Assembly: GCA_977017645.1 (NCBI GenBank)
Contig: OZ360223.1
Span: 170,996,001-171,060,000 of the forward strand
Direction of reading: 5' to 3'
DNA length: 64,000 bases
Source of the DNA: Torpedo marmorata
Lineage: Eukaryota
Part shown: positions 24,904 through 37,203 of the stretch, in pieces
How the letters are laid out: every line of letters starts with the position of its first letter
How positions within the stretch are numbered: the first letter of the stretch is position 1
Program-made: the position numbers and the translations under genes
The notes under the pieces: generated by a model
What the model was told of the DNA's origin: nothing
Database searches by the model: none
The model's input: only the letters and a program-made list of their open reading frames with translations

Positions 24904-25135
24904 GTGAGTGCACATAAGAGTTTGAATATTTGTTTTTCCTTTAAGACTGTAAATTGAGCCTCAACAATCATCATTAGTATGCTCCAATTTGACTGGAAAA
25001 GTGTGAAAAAATATATCAGTGTTCAGATGCCTTCGCTTTTTCCAGTTTGTTCACTGGACGATGCTGCTAAGTTGAAGGTCCTCTTAAAGCTTGCTCATAT
25101 ATAAACTTTGATTTCTATTGTTAGCAGATTGCTTA

Positions 25136-26045
25136 ATAGAACATAGAACATTACAGCACAGTACAGGCCCTTTGGCCCATGATGTTGTGCCGACCGATAG
25201 AAACCTACTCAACAAACTAAACCTTCCCTACCTTACACCCACAACCCTCTATTTTTCTTGTATCCATGTGCCTGTCTAGGAGTTGTTTAAATGGCCCTAT
25301 TGTACCAGCCTCCACACCACCCCTAGCAATGCATTCCAAGCACCCACTACTCTCTGTGTAAAAAAAACTTACTCCTGACGTCTCCCCTAAACTTTCCTCC
25401 CCTCACCTTGTACAAATGTCCTCTGGTGTTTGCTAGTCTCACCCCAGGAAAAAGGTGCTTTCTGTCCACCTATCCATACCTCTCATAATCTTGTAGACCT
25501 CTATTAAGTCAGCTTTCATCTTTCTTCGCTCAAAAGAGAAAAGCCCTAGCTCTGTTAACCTTGCCTCATAAGATACATTCTCCAATCCAGGCATCATTCT
25601 GGTAAATCTCCATAGCTTCCACATCCTTCCTGTGATGAGGTGACCAGAACTGAGGGGGAACTTCTTCACACAGAGAGTTGGTGGGAGTGTGGAACGAGCT
25701 GCCAGCTGAGGTGGTGAATGCGAGCTCAATTTTAACATGTATGAAGAATTTGGACAGGTACATGGATGGGAGAGGAATGGAGGGCTATGTACTGGGTTCA
25801 GGTCAGTGGGACCAGCCAAAGAAATGGTTCGGCACAGACTAGAAGGGCCGAAGGGGCCTGTTTCTGTGCTGTAGTGTTCTATGGTTCGAATATTCCAAGT
25901 GTGGTCGAACCAGAGTTTTGTAGAGCTGCAACATTACCTCTTGACCTTTGAACTCAATACCCCGACTAATGATGGCCAGCATGCCATAAGCCTTTTTAAC
26001 TCCACTATCAACCAGCGCGGCAACCTTGAGAGAGCTATGGATTTG
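25136..26045 (-). mobile_element. CR1 3' fragment interrupted by an opposite-strand CR1 3' fragment (25653-25887, +)
   Basis: LYKTLVRPHLEY motif, (TTCTATG)-type tails on both pieces; uninterrupted copy at 44521-45226. Confidence 0.85.
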
Positions 26046-28646
26046 GATTATTGCATGGATTACTTGGTGCTGAGCAACATTAGAGACTCTGAGTTGTGAT
26101 TTTTTTTCCATTCCTAACAATCCCTCACGACTCCACCCTAGCCCAGGTACTCCAAATCCAACGTAGTGCTCCAACTGCTATCACAGTTGAGCTCAGTTCC
26201 CCAGTACAAGCATGTGACTAAACTTAGAATGTTCAAATCTGAATGGTTTGTGTTATGTGAGGTATTGCCCACATCCACTTGACTATCTTTTTACCAGCTG
26301 GTTTATGTTCAGCCTGTAAATGATCTTTCACATTTGTGAAGATCCATTTTCAAGTTAATGCTCAGTGCTTCCTGCATAGTCTGTGGATATTTATACTTCT
26401 TCATATGAATTACCAGACCAGGGAATTGCATGCTTTGAATAGTCCAGTTTTGTTCACACAGTGCTCAATCTATTAAAGTATAGAGTTTCAAACTGGCATC
26501 TCCACACCCGAGACTATCTACAAAGTCATCACATTTTTGTCTGATCACATTATTTGACTGATATTTAATTTCCTTTTGACATTCTGGTACTCTTTTATAA
26601 ATTGGGTCTCAGTTGTAACATGTTAATAGAGTCCAGGGTTTCCATTGGAATCTCTGTTGAATTATGAAGGTAGTCATTACCAGTTTAAAGGATGTCCCCA
26701 GGTGGTTGGTTACCAATTCCAACCAACTTTGAGTAGTTGAGAGCTTTCCTCTGCACATTGCATACAATGGTAATCTCAGTGTTTAGTGAATTGTTACTAA
26801 ATTATTTCTTCACCTTTTACAAGAATATTTCCAGATTCCAATTTGCTTCTCAGAAATGCTGCTAAATAATATTTCTTAAAATCTGGTAATCGCAAACCCC
26901 CGAAAGTGTAATCCCATGTCAGCTTCTCCATGGAAACTCTGGAGACCTTACCACTCCAGATAAATTGCCTTACATGTCCGTTAAGTGCTTTAAAAAAGAC
27001 CCGCGGCAATGGGATTGGCAAGGACTGAAAGAGGTATTGCAGTCTCGGCATCACCTTCATTTTAATGCAGTTCACCCTGCCCACTAGAGTAATGGGCAGG
27101 TCCCTCCACCTAGTAAATCGTCTTCGATCTTTCCAGGCATAGGGAGGTAGCAAATCATTGTCAATCATTATTCCCACTTAAAGCGACTCTTTTGTTGATA
27201 TTCCCCATAATCAAATTTTGTCAACGGCATGATCTCACTTTTTTCTAAATTGATTTTGTAACCCGAAATCATGCTGTAATCTTCCAGTGTGGTCCACAAC
27301 CTGGCCAAGGACTCGGCAGGGTCTGTCAAATACAACAGCACATCATCTGCAAATAAATTAATTTTATGTTCCACCTGGTCCACCCTGAATCCTTTTATGT
27401 CTGGGTCCTGCCTAATAGATTCTGCCAGTGGCTCAATTGCCAAGATAAAAAGACCTGGAGACAGTGGATAGCCCTGTCTGCTAGACCTACTTAAGGGGAA
27501 TGTCGACGATATCTGGCCATTCGTAATGATCTTGGTCCGAGGTTTGTAATGGAGCGTTCTTACCCAATTAATAAATGATTCTCCCAATCCAAATTTCTCC
27601 AGTACCTTGAATAAGAAAGGCCATTCCAGCCTATCGAAAGCTTTTTCCGCATCCAAAGACACAGCTATACTTGGGTCTGCCTTTGATTGTGCCAAATGTA
27701 TAATACTCAATAGTCTTCCCAAATTGTTGGCCGAGTGTCTCTTCTTAATAAAGCCGACTTGGTCCGAATTTATCAATTTTGGTAAATATTGACCCAATCT
27801 ATTAGCCAATGCCTTGGCTATTATTTTGTAGTCCGTATTTAATAATGAAATGGGCCTGTATGAAGAAGGTTTTAATGGGTCTCTATTTTCCTTTGGTATA
27901 ACCGTAATAATAGCTGTTGAAAAGGATTCCGGGAGAGTCCGTGTTTCCGCTGCCTGGATAACTACATTTATAATAAGAGGCATCAAAAGATCCTTAAACT
28001 CTGTGTAGAACTCAGGAGGGAAACCATCTTCTCCCGGCGACTTATCCGCCTGTAGAGAACCCAAGGCTTTTTCAATCTCCTCTTTGGAGAAGGGGGCATC
28101 TAATTCCATCCGATCCTCCTGGTCCAACTTTGGCAATTCAATCGTGGACAGCAACTCATCTATTGTAGTTGAGTCACTTGGCGACTCTGACTCGTACAAT
28201 TTTGCATAAAACTGTTTAAAAGTGTCACTGATCTCTTTTGGATTGTACGATATCTTATCCGGTCCCGACCGCACTGCGTTAATTGTCCTCGAAGTCTCCT
28301 CTGTCCTCAATTGCCAAGACAAAACATTATGTGCTCTTTCCCCTAATTCATAGTATTTCTGCTTAGATCTTAAAATGTCCTTCTCCATTTTGTATGTTTG
28401 TAAAGTATTATATTTAAGTTTCTTATTTACCAAAGTTTGATATTTATCTTTTGATCCCGACTGTTGGTATTCTTTTTCCAATTTTAAAACCTCCCCTTCC
28501 AAATTGTTTATTTCCGCCATATATTTTTTGACATTTTTGGTGTATGAAATTATTTGCCCTCTTAGATACGCCTTCAATGTGTCCCATATTAGAAAACTAT
28601 TATTAGTAGAGGGGCAGTTTGTTTCGCAAAACAAACTTATCTGACC

Positions 28647-29541
28647 TGTTATGGACCATGACTGACCATTTGGACTGCGGACGGTTAGCAGGAAGGATGA
28701 ATTCTTTTGGAGTATACACTGGGGCCAGGTACTGAAAGAGTTAACTTCCCCAGCTACTTGGTGTACCCAGACAAGATACATTGTTGCACTTTTGGTGTAC
28801 CCAGACAGAGAGAGACAGAGACAGCCTGGACAAGATACATTTGTTTCACTTCTGCAAAAAGCAGGGGCAGATCTCTGCAAAGCAGACACAGTTGTGAGTT
28901 GCAAGGCTACAGAACACAGCCAGATCCAGGTTTGTGTGCAGTCAGAGAAAATCTGGCAAAATAGCACATGGCCTCCTGTCTCAGAGAGAAATTCTGAGGA
29001 AAAAGCAACTTCTGTGGAGAACAGGCGTGAGATCAGCGAGACTAGCTGTGAGATTCAAGCATACGCCTAAATCAGTGGTATACTGATCTGGAACTTGCAA
29101 TCCTTATGAACCTACAAGAAGGGGACGTCATCAGAGAAGAAAACAAGTATTTGTAAGCATAACAGTCATTGTCTCTCTCCAACGTTCATTCAGAAGTACT
29201 TCTACCAGACCCAGAGCTGAATTGAAGCCTGAACTTAGAGAGTGAATCTTGTGGACTGAATTATTCTTTTGTTTTTTTTGACTGACTTGTTTTTTTATGA
29301 CTGACCTGGGGTTTTTGGGGAAAGTTTTTCCATTTTTACATAAGGGTTGGGCACAGACTGTAATGGTCTGGGCTTTACACACACACACATACACCTTTTA
29401 GATAAGAATAGAGTTTATAGACGTTTATAGTGGGGTTAATTGTTGTGAAATTATATGTTTACTTGTGTTTAATAAATAATAATTTCAATTTTACCCCTTT
29501 TGCATTGCGTCTTCTGTCGTTGCTGGTTTGATTTTGTAACA
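28647..29541 (+). repeat. E2 5' LTR (895 bp)
   Basis: About 2 substitutions and one T-run indel versus the 3' LTR by eye; AATAAA at 29471. Confidence 0.95.
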
Positions 29542-29673
29542 AATTGGGGGCTCGTTGCGGGATTTGAATCAAAATCTATCTTGGTAATTGAAGGATTCCC
29601 AGTTTGGTTTAAGGCATTCCTTTTGGTAAAGCTAATTAAAAGCTAGTGTGTGTGTAACAAAAAACCAGCAACA

Positions 29674-32600
29674 ATGGATATAGAACATTTTTTAGAATCA
29701 CCTGAATCTGATACTTTAAAAAAGGCGAAAAAGGAACAGTTAGTGGCTATAGCAACAGAGTTGGGCATTGCTTCTGTAAAACCATCTATGAAAAAGGCAG
29801 ATATTGGGAGAAAAATTGTCAAGTACTATATAAAAGAAAAAAAGTTTGAGGAGAGCATGTTAGAGCAGTTTCCCAAGGGTAAACCTTCTGAAAACATACA
29901 ATTGGAAATAAAGAAATTGGAATTGGAACAAAATAAATTGGAATTGGAACAAAAGAAATTGGAGGCAGCTATGGAACAGAAGAGATTAGACTTAGAGAGC
30001 GATGAGAAAAATAGGAGATATGAGCTGGAAAAGATGAGGTTGGAAAATGAGAAGAGACAAGAAGAGCGCCAAGATCAAATTCGTCATCCTGCTGAGGGGT
30101 TTTTGGCTAGTAGAGAAGTTAGGTTGGTTCCTCCATTTGAGGAGGCAGAAATAGATAAGTACTTCCAACATTTTGAGAAAGTGGCTGTGAAATTAAAATG
30201 GCCACAAGACCAATGGTCTCTTATGTTGCAAAGTGTAATAAAAGGAAAAGCTCAGCAAGCTTATTCTACTCTCACCACAGAGCAAGCTACTGATTATGAA
30301 ACAGTGAAAAAGGCTATACTCCAAGCTTATGAGTTAGTTCCAGAGGCTGAAAGACAGAAGTTTAGAAATCTAAAAAGATCAGCAACCCAATCTTATACAG
30401 AGTTTGCCTATGAAAAAGTCGTGTGTTTTGACAGATGGTGCACATCTAAGGAAGTAAACAATGATTACAATCAATTGAGAGAATTGATAATAATCGAGGA
30501 GATAAAAAGGTGTGTTCCTGAGGATATTAAGGTATACTTAGATGAAAAGGAGGTGAAAACTTGGCGAGATTCAGCTAAGTTGGCAGATGGATATGCTTTA
30601 ACCCACAAGCCTAAGTGGACGTCAGGTAGAATTTTCCAAAAAGTCACGGTGGATGATCAGAAGCAAGTGGAAAGTAAATTTGGAAGTGGTGTTAAGGAAA
30701 GGGATGAAGGAAAGTGGAAACGGGAAAGCAATTCGGGTCCCATTTGCCACCACTGTAGAAAGGCTGGTCATATGCGAGCAAGCTGTCCAGTGTTGAAAAA
30801 GAAGAGAGAAAAGGATGCAACACCTAATGCTTGTATTCAGAGTGAGAAGATGCATAACACCCAGGAAGGAGATAAATTTACTGACAAAGTTAAAGATGTA
30901 TTTAAACCTTTTGTGACTGATGGTTTTGTTTCAGTTAAGGCAAGATCAAAACAAGTTCCAGTGAAAATCTTGCAAGATACTGGAGCTGCTCAGTCACTTG
31001 TGTTAGATAGTGTCTTGGAATTTTGTGAAGCTACTGACACCGGTGACATAAATTTAATAAAAGGAATTGGTGGTGAGGTAGAGTCCATTCCTTTGCACAA
31101 AATAGTATTGGACTCAGACTTGGTGGAAGGACCAGTTATAATAGGAGTGAGATCAGAGTGGCCCGTAGAAGGAGTCTCACTGTTGTTAGGCAATGACTTG
31201 GCCAAGGGTAAAGTAGTTCCTGCAGTGCGAATGACCACTAAGCCAGTTATTGATAAGTCAGAGAAAGACTCTGATATTTATCCGGCATGTGCCATAACCA
31301 GGGCCATGTCTAAGAAAAATGTCACTGTAGAGAAGGCAGTGGAAAATAACTTGGTAAAAGAAAAAGACACTGATAATCAAGAAAACCTGGAAAAGGTTGA
31401 GCAATCTCCTATGTTACACCCATCCACTGATAAGACACCTAAAGGCACAGATTTGTCACTATCCCGACAGGAGTTAATAGCAAGGCAAAAGGACGATCCT
31501 GATCTTGCTGAGGTGAGGGATAAGGTTCTCTCTGAAGAGGAGATTAAAAAGGTGCCAGTAGGGTATTATGAAAAAGATGGGGTGTTGATGAGAAAGTGGA
31601 GACCACGTGATGTTCCTGCCAATGAAGAATGGGCAGTAGTGCAGCAGGTTGTGATCCCTAAAGTATATAGGGATGAAATAATAACTTTGGCTCATAGTAC
31701 ACCCTGAGGTGGTCACCTTGGGGTGAAGAAAACTATAAGGAAGATAATGAAACAATTTTATTGGCCCAGTTTGAGAAGGGAGGTTGTAAGCTTTTGCCGG
31801 GCCTGTCACACTTGTCAAGTGGTGGGTAAACCTAATCAGGGTCCCCCAGTGGCACCCTTGCAACCTATCCCTGCTTTCAGTGAGCCTTTCTCGAGAGTAA
31901 TTGTGGATTGTGTTGGCCCCTTGCCCAAAACCAAGGCGGGGAATGAGTATTTGTTAACAATTATGTGTGCAGCCACCAGATTTCCAGAGGCCATTCCTCT
32001 GAGAAACATAAAAGCAAAGTCAATTGTAAAGGCTATGGTAAAGTTTTTCACCTTGGTAGGTTTGCCAAGGGAAATTCAATCAGATCAGGGCAGTAATTTC
32101 ATGTCAGGCGTTTTCCAACAAGTGGTTGATGGACTAGGAGTTAAACAGATTGTATCCTCTGCGTACCATCCAGAAAGTCAAGGGGCCTTGGAGAGGTTCC
32201 ATTCGACTTTGAAAACCATGATTAGAACCTATTGTTGTGAGAAGGAAAAGGATTGGGATGAGGGGGTTCATTTGTTGTTATTTGCAGCGAGGGAGTCTGT
32301 CTAAGACTCACTCGGTTTTAGTCCATTCGAGTTAGTTTTCGGACATGAGGTGAGAGGTCCTTTAAGATTATTAAAAGAACAGTGGATTAATCGTGATGTG
32401 CATTTAAATTTGTTAGATTATGTTTCCCAAATTTAAGGATCGATTGCATAGGGCTTGTGAGATGGCAAAGGAGAATTTAAAGGCCACTCAACGGAGAATG
32501 AAGGTTTGGTATGATCGAAAGGCGAAGATGAGAAATTTTAAACCTGGTGAGAACGTATTAGTTCTGTTTCCCATCCATTCAAATCCTCTTAGGGCTAGAT

Positions 32601-33496
32601 TTTCAGGACCCTATAGAGTTAAGTCAAAAATTAATGATGTCACCTATGTCATAGAAACACCTAATCGCAGACGAGACACACAGGTCTGTCATGTGAATAT
32701 GATTAAGCCGTATATTGAACAGGTGCCACACAAAGGGACTGAAAATGTACCAGAGGTATTGGTTATTGACAGGGGTAAGGAGGAGACAGATAAAACCAGT
32801 TTCAGAGAGGGTCATGGAACTGTTAATTCTCTGAGTTATGTTGTAGGACAGGTGAAGTTGGCGCCAGTAGAGGCAAAGGTTGTCGATATTTCCGAGTTCC
32901 CTGTTCCAAATGGTAAGAAAACTCTGAGGAGGTTCCTGGGAATGATTGGCTACTACCGCAAGTTCTGTAAAAACTTTGCTGATCTTGCGCTCCCTCTCAC
33001 AAATTTGCTTAGAAAGAAAGAGAAATTTGTATGGTCAACAGGTTGTCAGGAAGCATTTGTCAAATTGAAAGCCATGTTATGCCACCAACCTGTGCTTAAG
33101 TCACCTAATTTAGAACAGTCGTTTTCTTTAGCCGTGGATGCCAGCGATGAAGCTGTGGGTGCGGTGCTGTTACAGAAGAAGAACGAAGAGGACATTGAAC
33201 ATCCGGTATCCTACTTCTCAAAGAAGTTCAATGATCATCAAAGGAATTATTCATCTATAGAGAAAGAGTTGTTGGCTCTTGTGTTGGCTCTACAACATTT
33301 TGATGTGTATATCTGTACAGCTCAAAAACCACTCATAGTGTATACTGACCATAATCCATTGGTTTTTCTTTGTAAAATGAAAAATAAGAATCGACGGTTG
33401 TTGAATTGGAGTCTAATTTTGCAAGAATATAATTTGGTAATCACTCATATAAAAGGGAGAGATAATGTAATTGCTGATTGTCTTTCTAGATGTTAA
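29674..33496 (+). pseudogene. E2 gag-pol without RT core
   Basis: ATG at 29674; stops at 31705 and 32302; +1 frameshift near 32427; same domains as E1. Confidence 0.92.
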
Positions 33497-33628
33497 ACTT
33501 TATCAATGAAAATAGTTCATATTTTGTATTTGTGGATAAACATTGTAGATTTTGTTTATATTCTGACACCTCACTTACTTTCCTAAATTTTTTTCTTGCA
33601 GACCAAAATTTCCTTTGTGGGTGGGAGG

Positions 33629-34522
33629 TGTTATGGACCATGATTGACCATTTGGACTGCGGACGGTTAGCAGGAAGGATGAATTCTTTTGGAGTATACA
33701 CTGGGGCCAGGTACTGAAAGAGTTAACTTCCCCAGCTACTTGGTGTACCCAGACAAGATACATTGTTGCACTTTTGGTGTACCCAGACAGAGAGAGACAG
33801 AGACAGCCTGGACAAGATACATTTGTTTCACTTCTGCAAAAAGCAGGGGCAGATCTCTGCAAAGCAGACACAGTTGTGAGTTGCAAGGCTACAGAACACA
33901 GCCAGATCCAGGTTTGTGTGCAGTCAGAGAAAATCTGGCAAAATAGCACATGGCCTCCTGTCTCAGAGAGAAATTCTGAGGAAAAAGCAACTTCTGTGGA
34001 GAACAGGCGTGAGATCAGCGAGACTAGCTGTGAGATTCAAGCATACGCCTAAATCAGTGGTATACTGATCTGGAACTTGCAATCCTTATGAACCTACAAG
34101 AAGGGGACGTCATCAGAGAAGAAAACAAGTATTTGTAAGCATAACAGTCATTGTCTCTCTCCAACGTTCATTCAGAAGTACTTCTACCAGACCCAGAGCT
34201 GAATTGAAGCCTGAACTTAGAGAGTGAATCTTGTGGACTGAATTATTCTTTTGTTTTTTTGACTGACTTGTTTTTTTATGACTGACCTGGGGTTTTTGGG
34301 GAAAGTTTTTCCATTTTTACATAAGGGTTGGGCACAGACTGTAATAGTCTGGGCTTTACACACACACACATACACCTTTTAGATAAGAATAGAGTTTATA
34401 GACGTTTATAGTGGGGTTAATTGTTGTGAAATTATATGTTTACTTGTGTTTAATAAATAATAATTTCAATTTTACCCCTTTTGCATTGCGTCTTCTGTCG
34501 TTGCTGGTTTGATTTTGTAACA
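33629..34522 (+). repeat. E2 3' LTR (894 bp)
   Basis: TG..CA termini; AATAAA at 34452. Confidence 0.95.
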
Positions 34523-35479
34523 GACCCCTTATAAAACTACAGAAATCTGTTCTTTTCAACAGCGTAGAATTAAGGCGCCATCTGTACGCATTAGCTTGTT
34601 TATCTGGCATTACCATAGACAAAATCAAGGGTGCGTGGTCCGATAAAAGTCTGGCTTGATATTCCAATTCAATCACTCTGCCTTCTAATTGTGCAGACAT
34701 CAGGAAATAGTCAATCCTGGTGTAAGAATCATAGGGCTTTGAATAAAAGGAGTAGTCTCTAGCTTGAGGGTGCAACATTCTCCATATATCTATTAGGTTT
34801 AAATCTTTCATGAAAGCCAAGGTTGTTTTAGCCGCCCTGGCTTTCTTAACTGTCTTTGCTGATTTATCCAGAATGGGATCCAGACAGAAGTTAAAATCCC
34901 CACCAATCAAAACGTTTTGTCGTCCTCCTGTCACTCTCAAAAAAATATTCTGCATAAATGACTCGTCGTCAAAATTTGGTGCGTAGAGATTCAAGAGTGT
35001 CCAGGGTTCTGAGTAAATCTGACAATGTACCATCACATATCTTCCCGCCGAGTCAACAACCGTGTCTCCAACCACCACCTGAACATTTTTATTTATTAAG
35101 ATAGCTACCCCCCTGGCTTTGGAGTTAAAAGAAGATGCAGCTACCTGTCCCACCCAACAACCTCTTTTTAATTTGCTATGCTCCTGCTTTGTAAGATGCG
35201 TTTCCTGTAAGAAAACTATATCTGCCTGTAGCTTTTTAAGGTGTGCCAAGACTCTTTTTGTGAGCTGCACTCTTTTGAGAAAGTTGACAAGGGTCCTGTT
35301 GTGGGAAATAGAAATAGAAGTGGCACTTTGATACAGGAATAAAGTGTGCATTTCTGAATTTTGGGGCTAGTTTGGGTTAATTGACTATGACTGTGAGTTT
35401 GATGGTTGTATAAAGTAGTACTTAAGCAAACCCTTTGACAAGCTCCTGCATGGTAGGCTAGTCCGGTCGGTGAGTACAC

Positions 35480-36345
35480 ATGGAATCTAGGTTTAGCTGG
35501 CTAATCAGATACAAAATTGGCTTGGTAGTAGGAGGCAGAGAATGATAATGAAGAGTTGTTTCTCAAACTGGAGGCCTGTGACCAGTGGAGTGCTGCAAGG
35601 ATTGGAGCTGGGTCCACTGTTGTATGTCACGTTATTTTATTAGTAATGAATTAGGTGACATGATTAGTAAGCTTGGGGTAACTTTAAAATTCATGGTATA
35701 GGAGACCAAGAAGAAGGTAGTCTAAGGTTACAACTGGAAAAGTGGGCAAAGGAAAGGCAGATGGAATTTAACTTGGACACGTGTGAAATGATGCATTTTG
35801 GGAAGTTAAACCAAGGCAAGACGTTCACAGTAAATGGCAGGACTCAGGAGTTTTGTTGAGCAGAAGGGTCTCGGGGTACAAGTAGATAGTTTACTGAAAT
35901 TTGCAGAATAGCTGGGCAGGGTGGTGAAGAAAGCATATGGCATTTCTTCCTTTGTCATTCAGAGCATTGAGTAAGGGAGTTGTGACGTCATGTTACAGCT
36001 GTACAAGATGGTGATGAGGGTGTACTTGGAATATGTGTAGTTCTAGTTGCCACACAGTGGAAAGGATGTCATTAATATGGACAGAGTGCAAAAAGATTCA
36101 CAAGGATGTGACTGGGACTGGGGAGCTTGAGTAATGAGGAGAGACTAGATAGGCTGAGATTGTTTTTTGTTGGAGCGAAGGAGGCTGAGGGTGATCTTAT
36201 CGAGATTTATAAAATTGTGAAGGGCATAGATATGGTAAATGGTCTTTTTCCAGGATTGCAAATGGGACTACCTTGGGTAGGCACCTAGTCGGCATGGACA
36301 AATTGGGCAGAAGGGCCTGTTTCTGCATTCCATGACTCTATGACT
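35480..36345 (+). mobile_element. Old CR1 ORF2 3' fragment
   Basis: Decayed VTSGVxQG..LGPLL and WQMEFN motifs; tail GAAGGGCCTGTTTCTG..CATGACTCTATGACT. Confidence 0.8.
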
Positions 36346-36687
36346 ACCAATAATGGAGACTTTGCAGAAAAGCTATTGGGGTGCAAATGCAAAATAGCTG
36401 TTTATAAAGCTGGTGATAGTGGAAGATCTGCAAAGAGATCTGAGGGCATGTTTTATTTATAAAGCCTCAACTGACATCATCTTGGAACAGATAAGAGCTC
36501 AAGTGTGTGATCTTTCTTTTCCATTTGCTTCAGTGGTTTGCACTGTGATTCAGCAGCATGTAATACTGTGCCTTTTGCCATATGATAGCACTGATAGAAG
36601 AATACTGGACTAAATATAGTAGGGACAAATCAGAATGTAGAATAGAGTCATTTGAAAATAACTAAAAATGTCCTTTTAAAATCATAG

Positions 36688-36837
36688 CCACTGACATGGT
36701 GATAATCTACTTATCATCTGGCATCACCTCAAAAGATTCCTCTGAAGAAGAAAAGAAGGCAACCCTGGGTGTTATTAATGAGGAAAACAGATATCTCAAT
36801 AACTCTGTGATGATCCTTACTTATGCCCTTATGAATG
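36688..36837 (+). CDS. CACHD1: CACHD1 exon E (VWA)
   Basis: tag|..G|gtaag; TDMVIIYLSSGITSKDSSEEEKKATLGVINEENRYLNNSVMILTYALMN. Confidence 0.95.
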
Positions 36838-37203
36838 GTAAGACATTGGTTTACTTGTCTGGCAGTTTGTCTTGAATACTAATGCTCATAAAGTTTTAAT
36901 AACCATTTGTAAAGCCGAGTAAATTTGAACGATTTGTTCTCTGTATGAAAGTGATAATATAATTGTTTGGAAAGCAATCATGTTTTAGATGGCTTAACTG
37001 AAACTTGCTATTGGCATCGACAGAAGATCACTTTAGGATTCAGTGCCACAGTGCTTTCCTTAAGCCCCCTGCAAAAGTTTGAGCTAAGGCAAAACTTTGG
37101 GAGGTGGCACTTCTGCTTTTCAATTTACTGCTTTCCAATTTCTTTTGGAGCTGAGAATTCATACTTTATCTTCAGCTCTTCGATGGGCTTCTGGTTAATG
37201 GAC

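Larger units (their letters stand above)
28647..34522 (+). mobile_element. E2: Gmr1-like LTR retrotransposon lacking RT core
   Basis: LTRs 28647-29541 and 33629-34522; TSD GACC (28643-28646, 34523-34526); PBS 29545-29568; PPT GGGTGGGAGG at 33619-33628. Confidence 0.95.
26857..35259 (-). mobile_element. L1-D: L1-clade ORF2 fragment (EN to post-RT), interrupted by E2
   Basis: EN motifs FLQETH, GGDFN, RIDYF, LSDH at 34527-35259; linker and RT (LFADD) at 26857-28646; halves join FCSFIRG|QISLF. Confidence 0.92.

Noticed and set aside
33497-33628. env or extra ORF between pol and the 3' LTR
   Set aside because: Only ~130 bp is available; these are not endogenous retroviruses despite the tRNA-Pro PBS.
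34440-35351. 303-aa ORF as a host endonuclease gene
   Set aside because: Chimera of intron sequence, L1-D endonuclease and E2 LTR.
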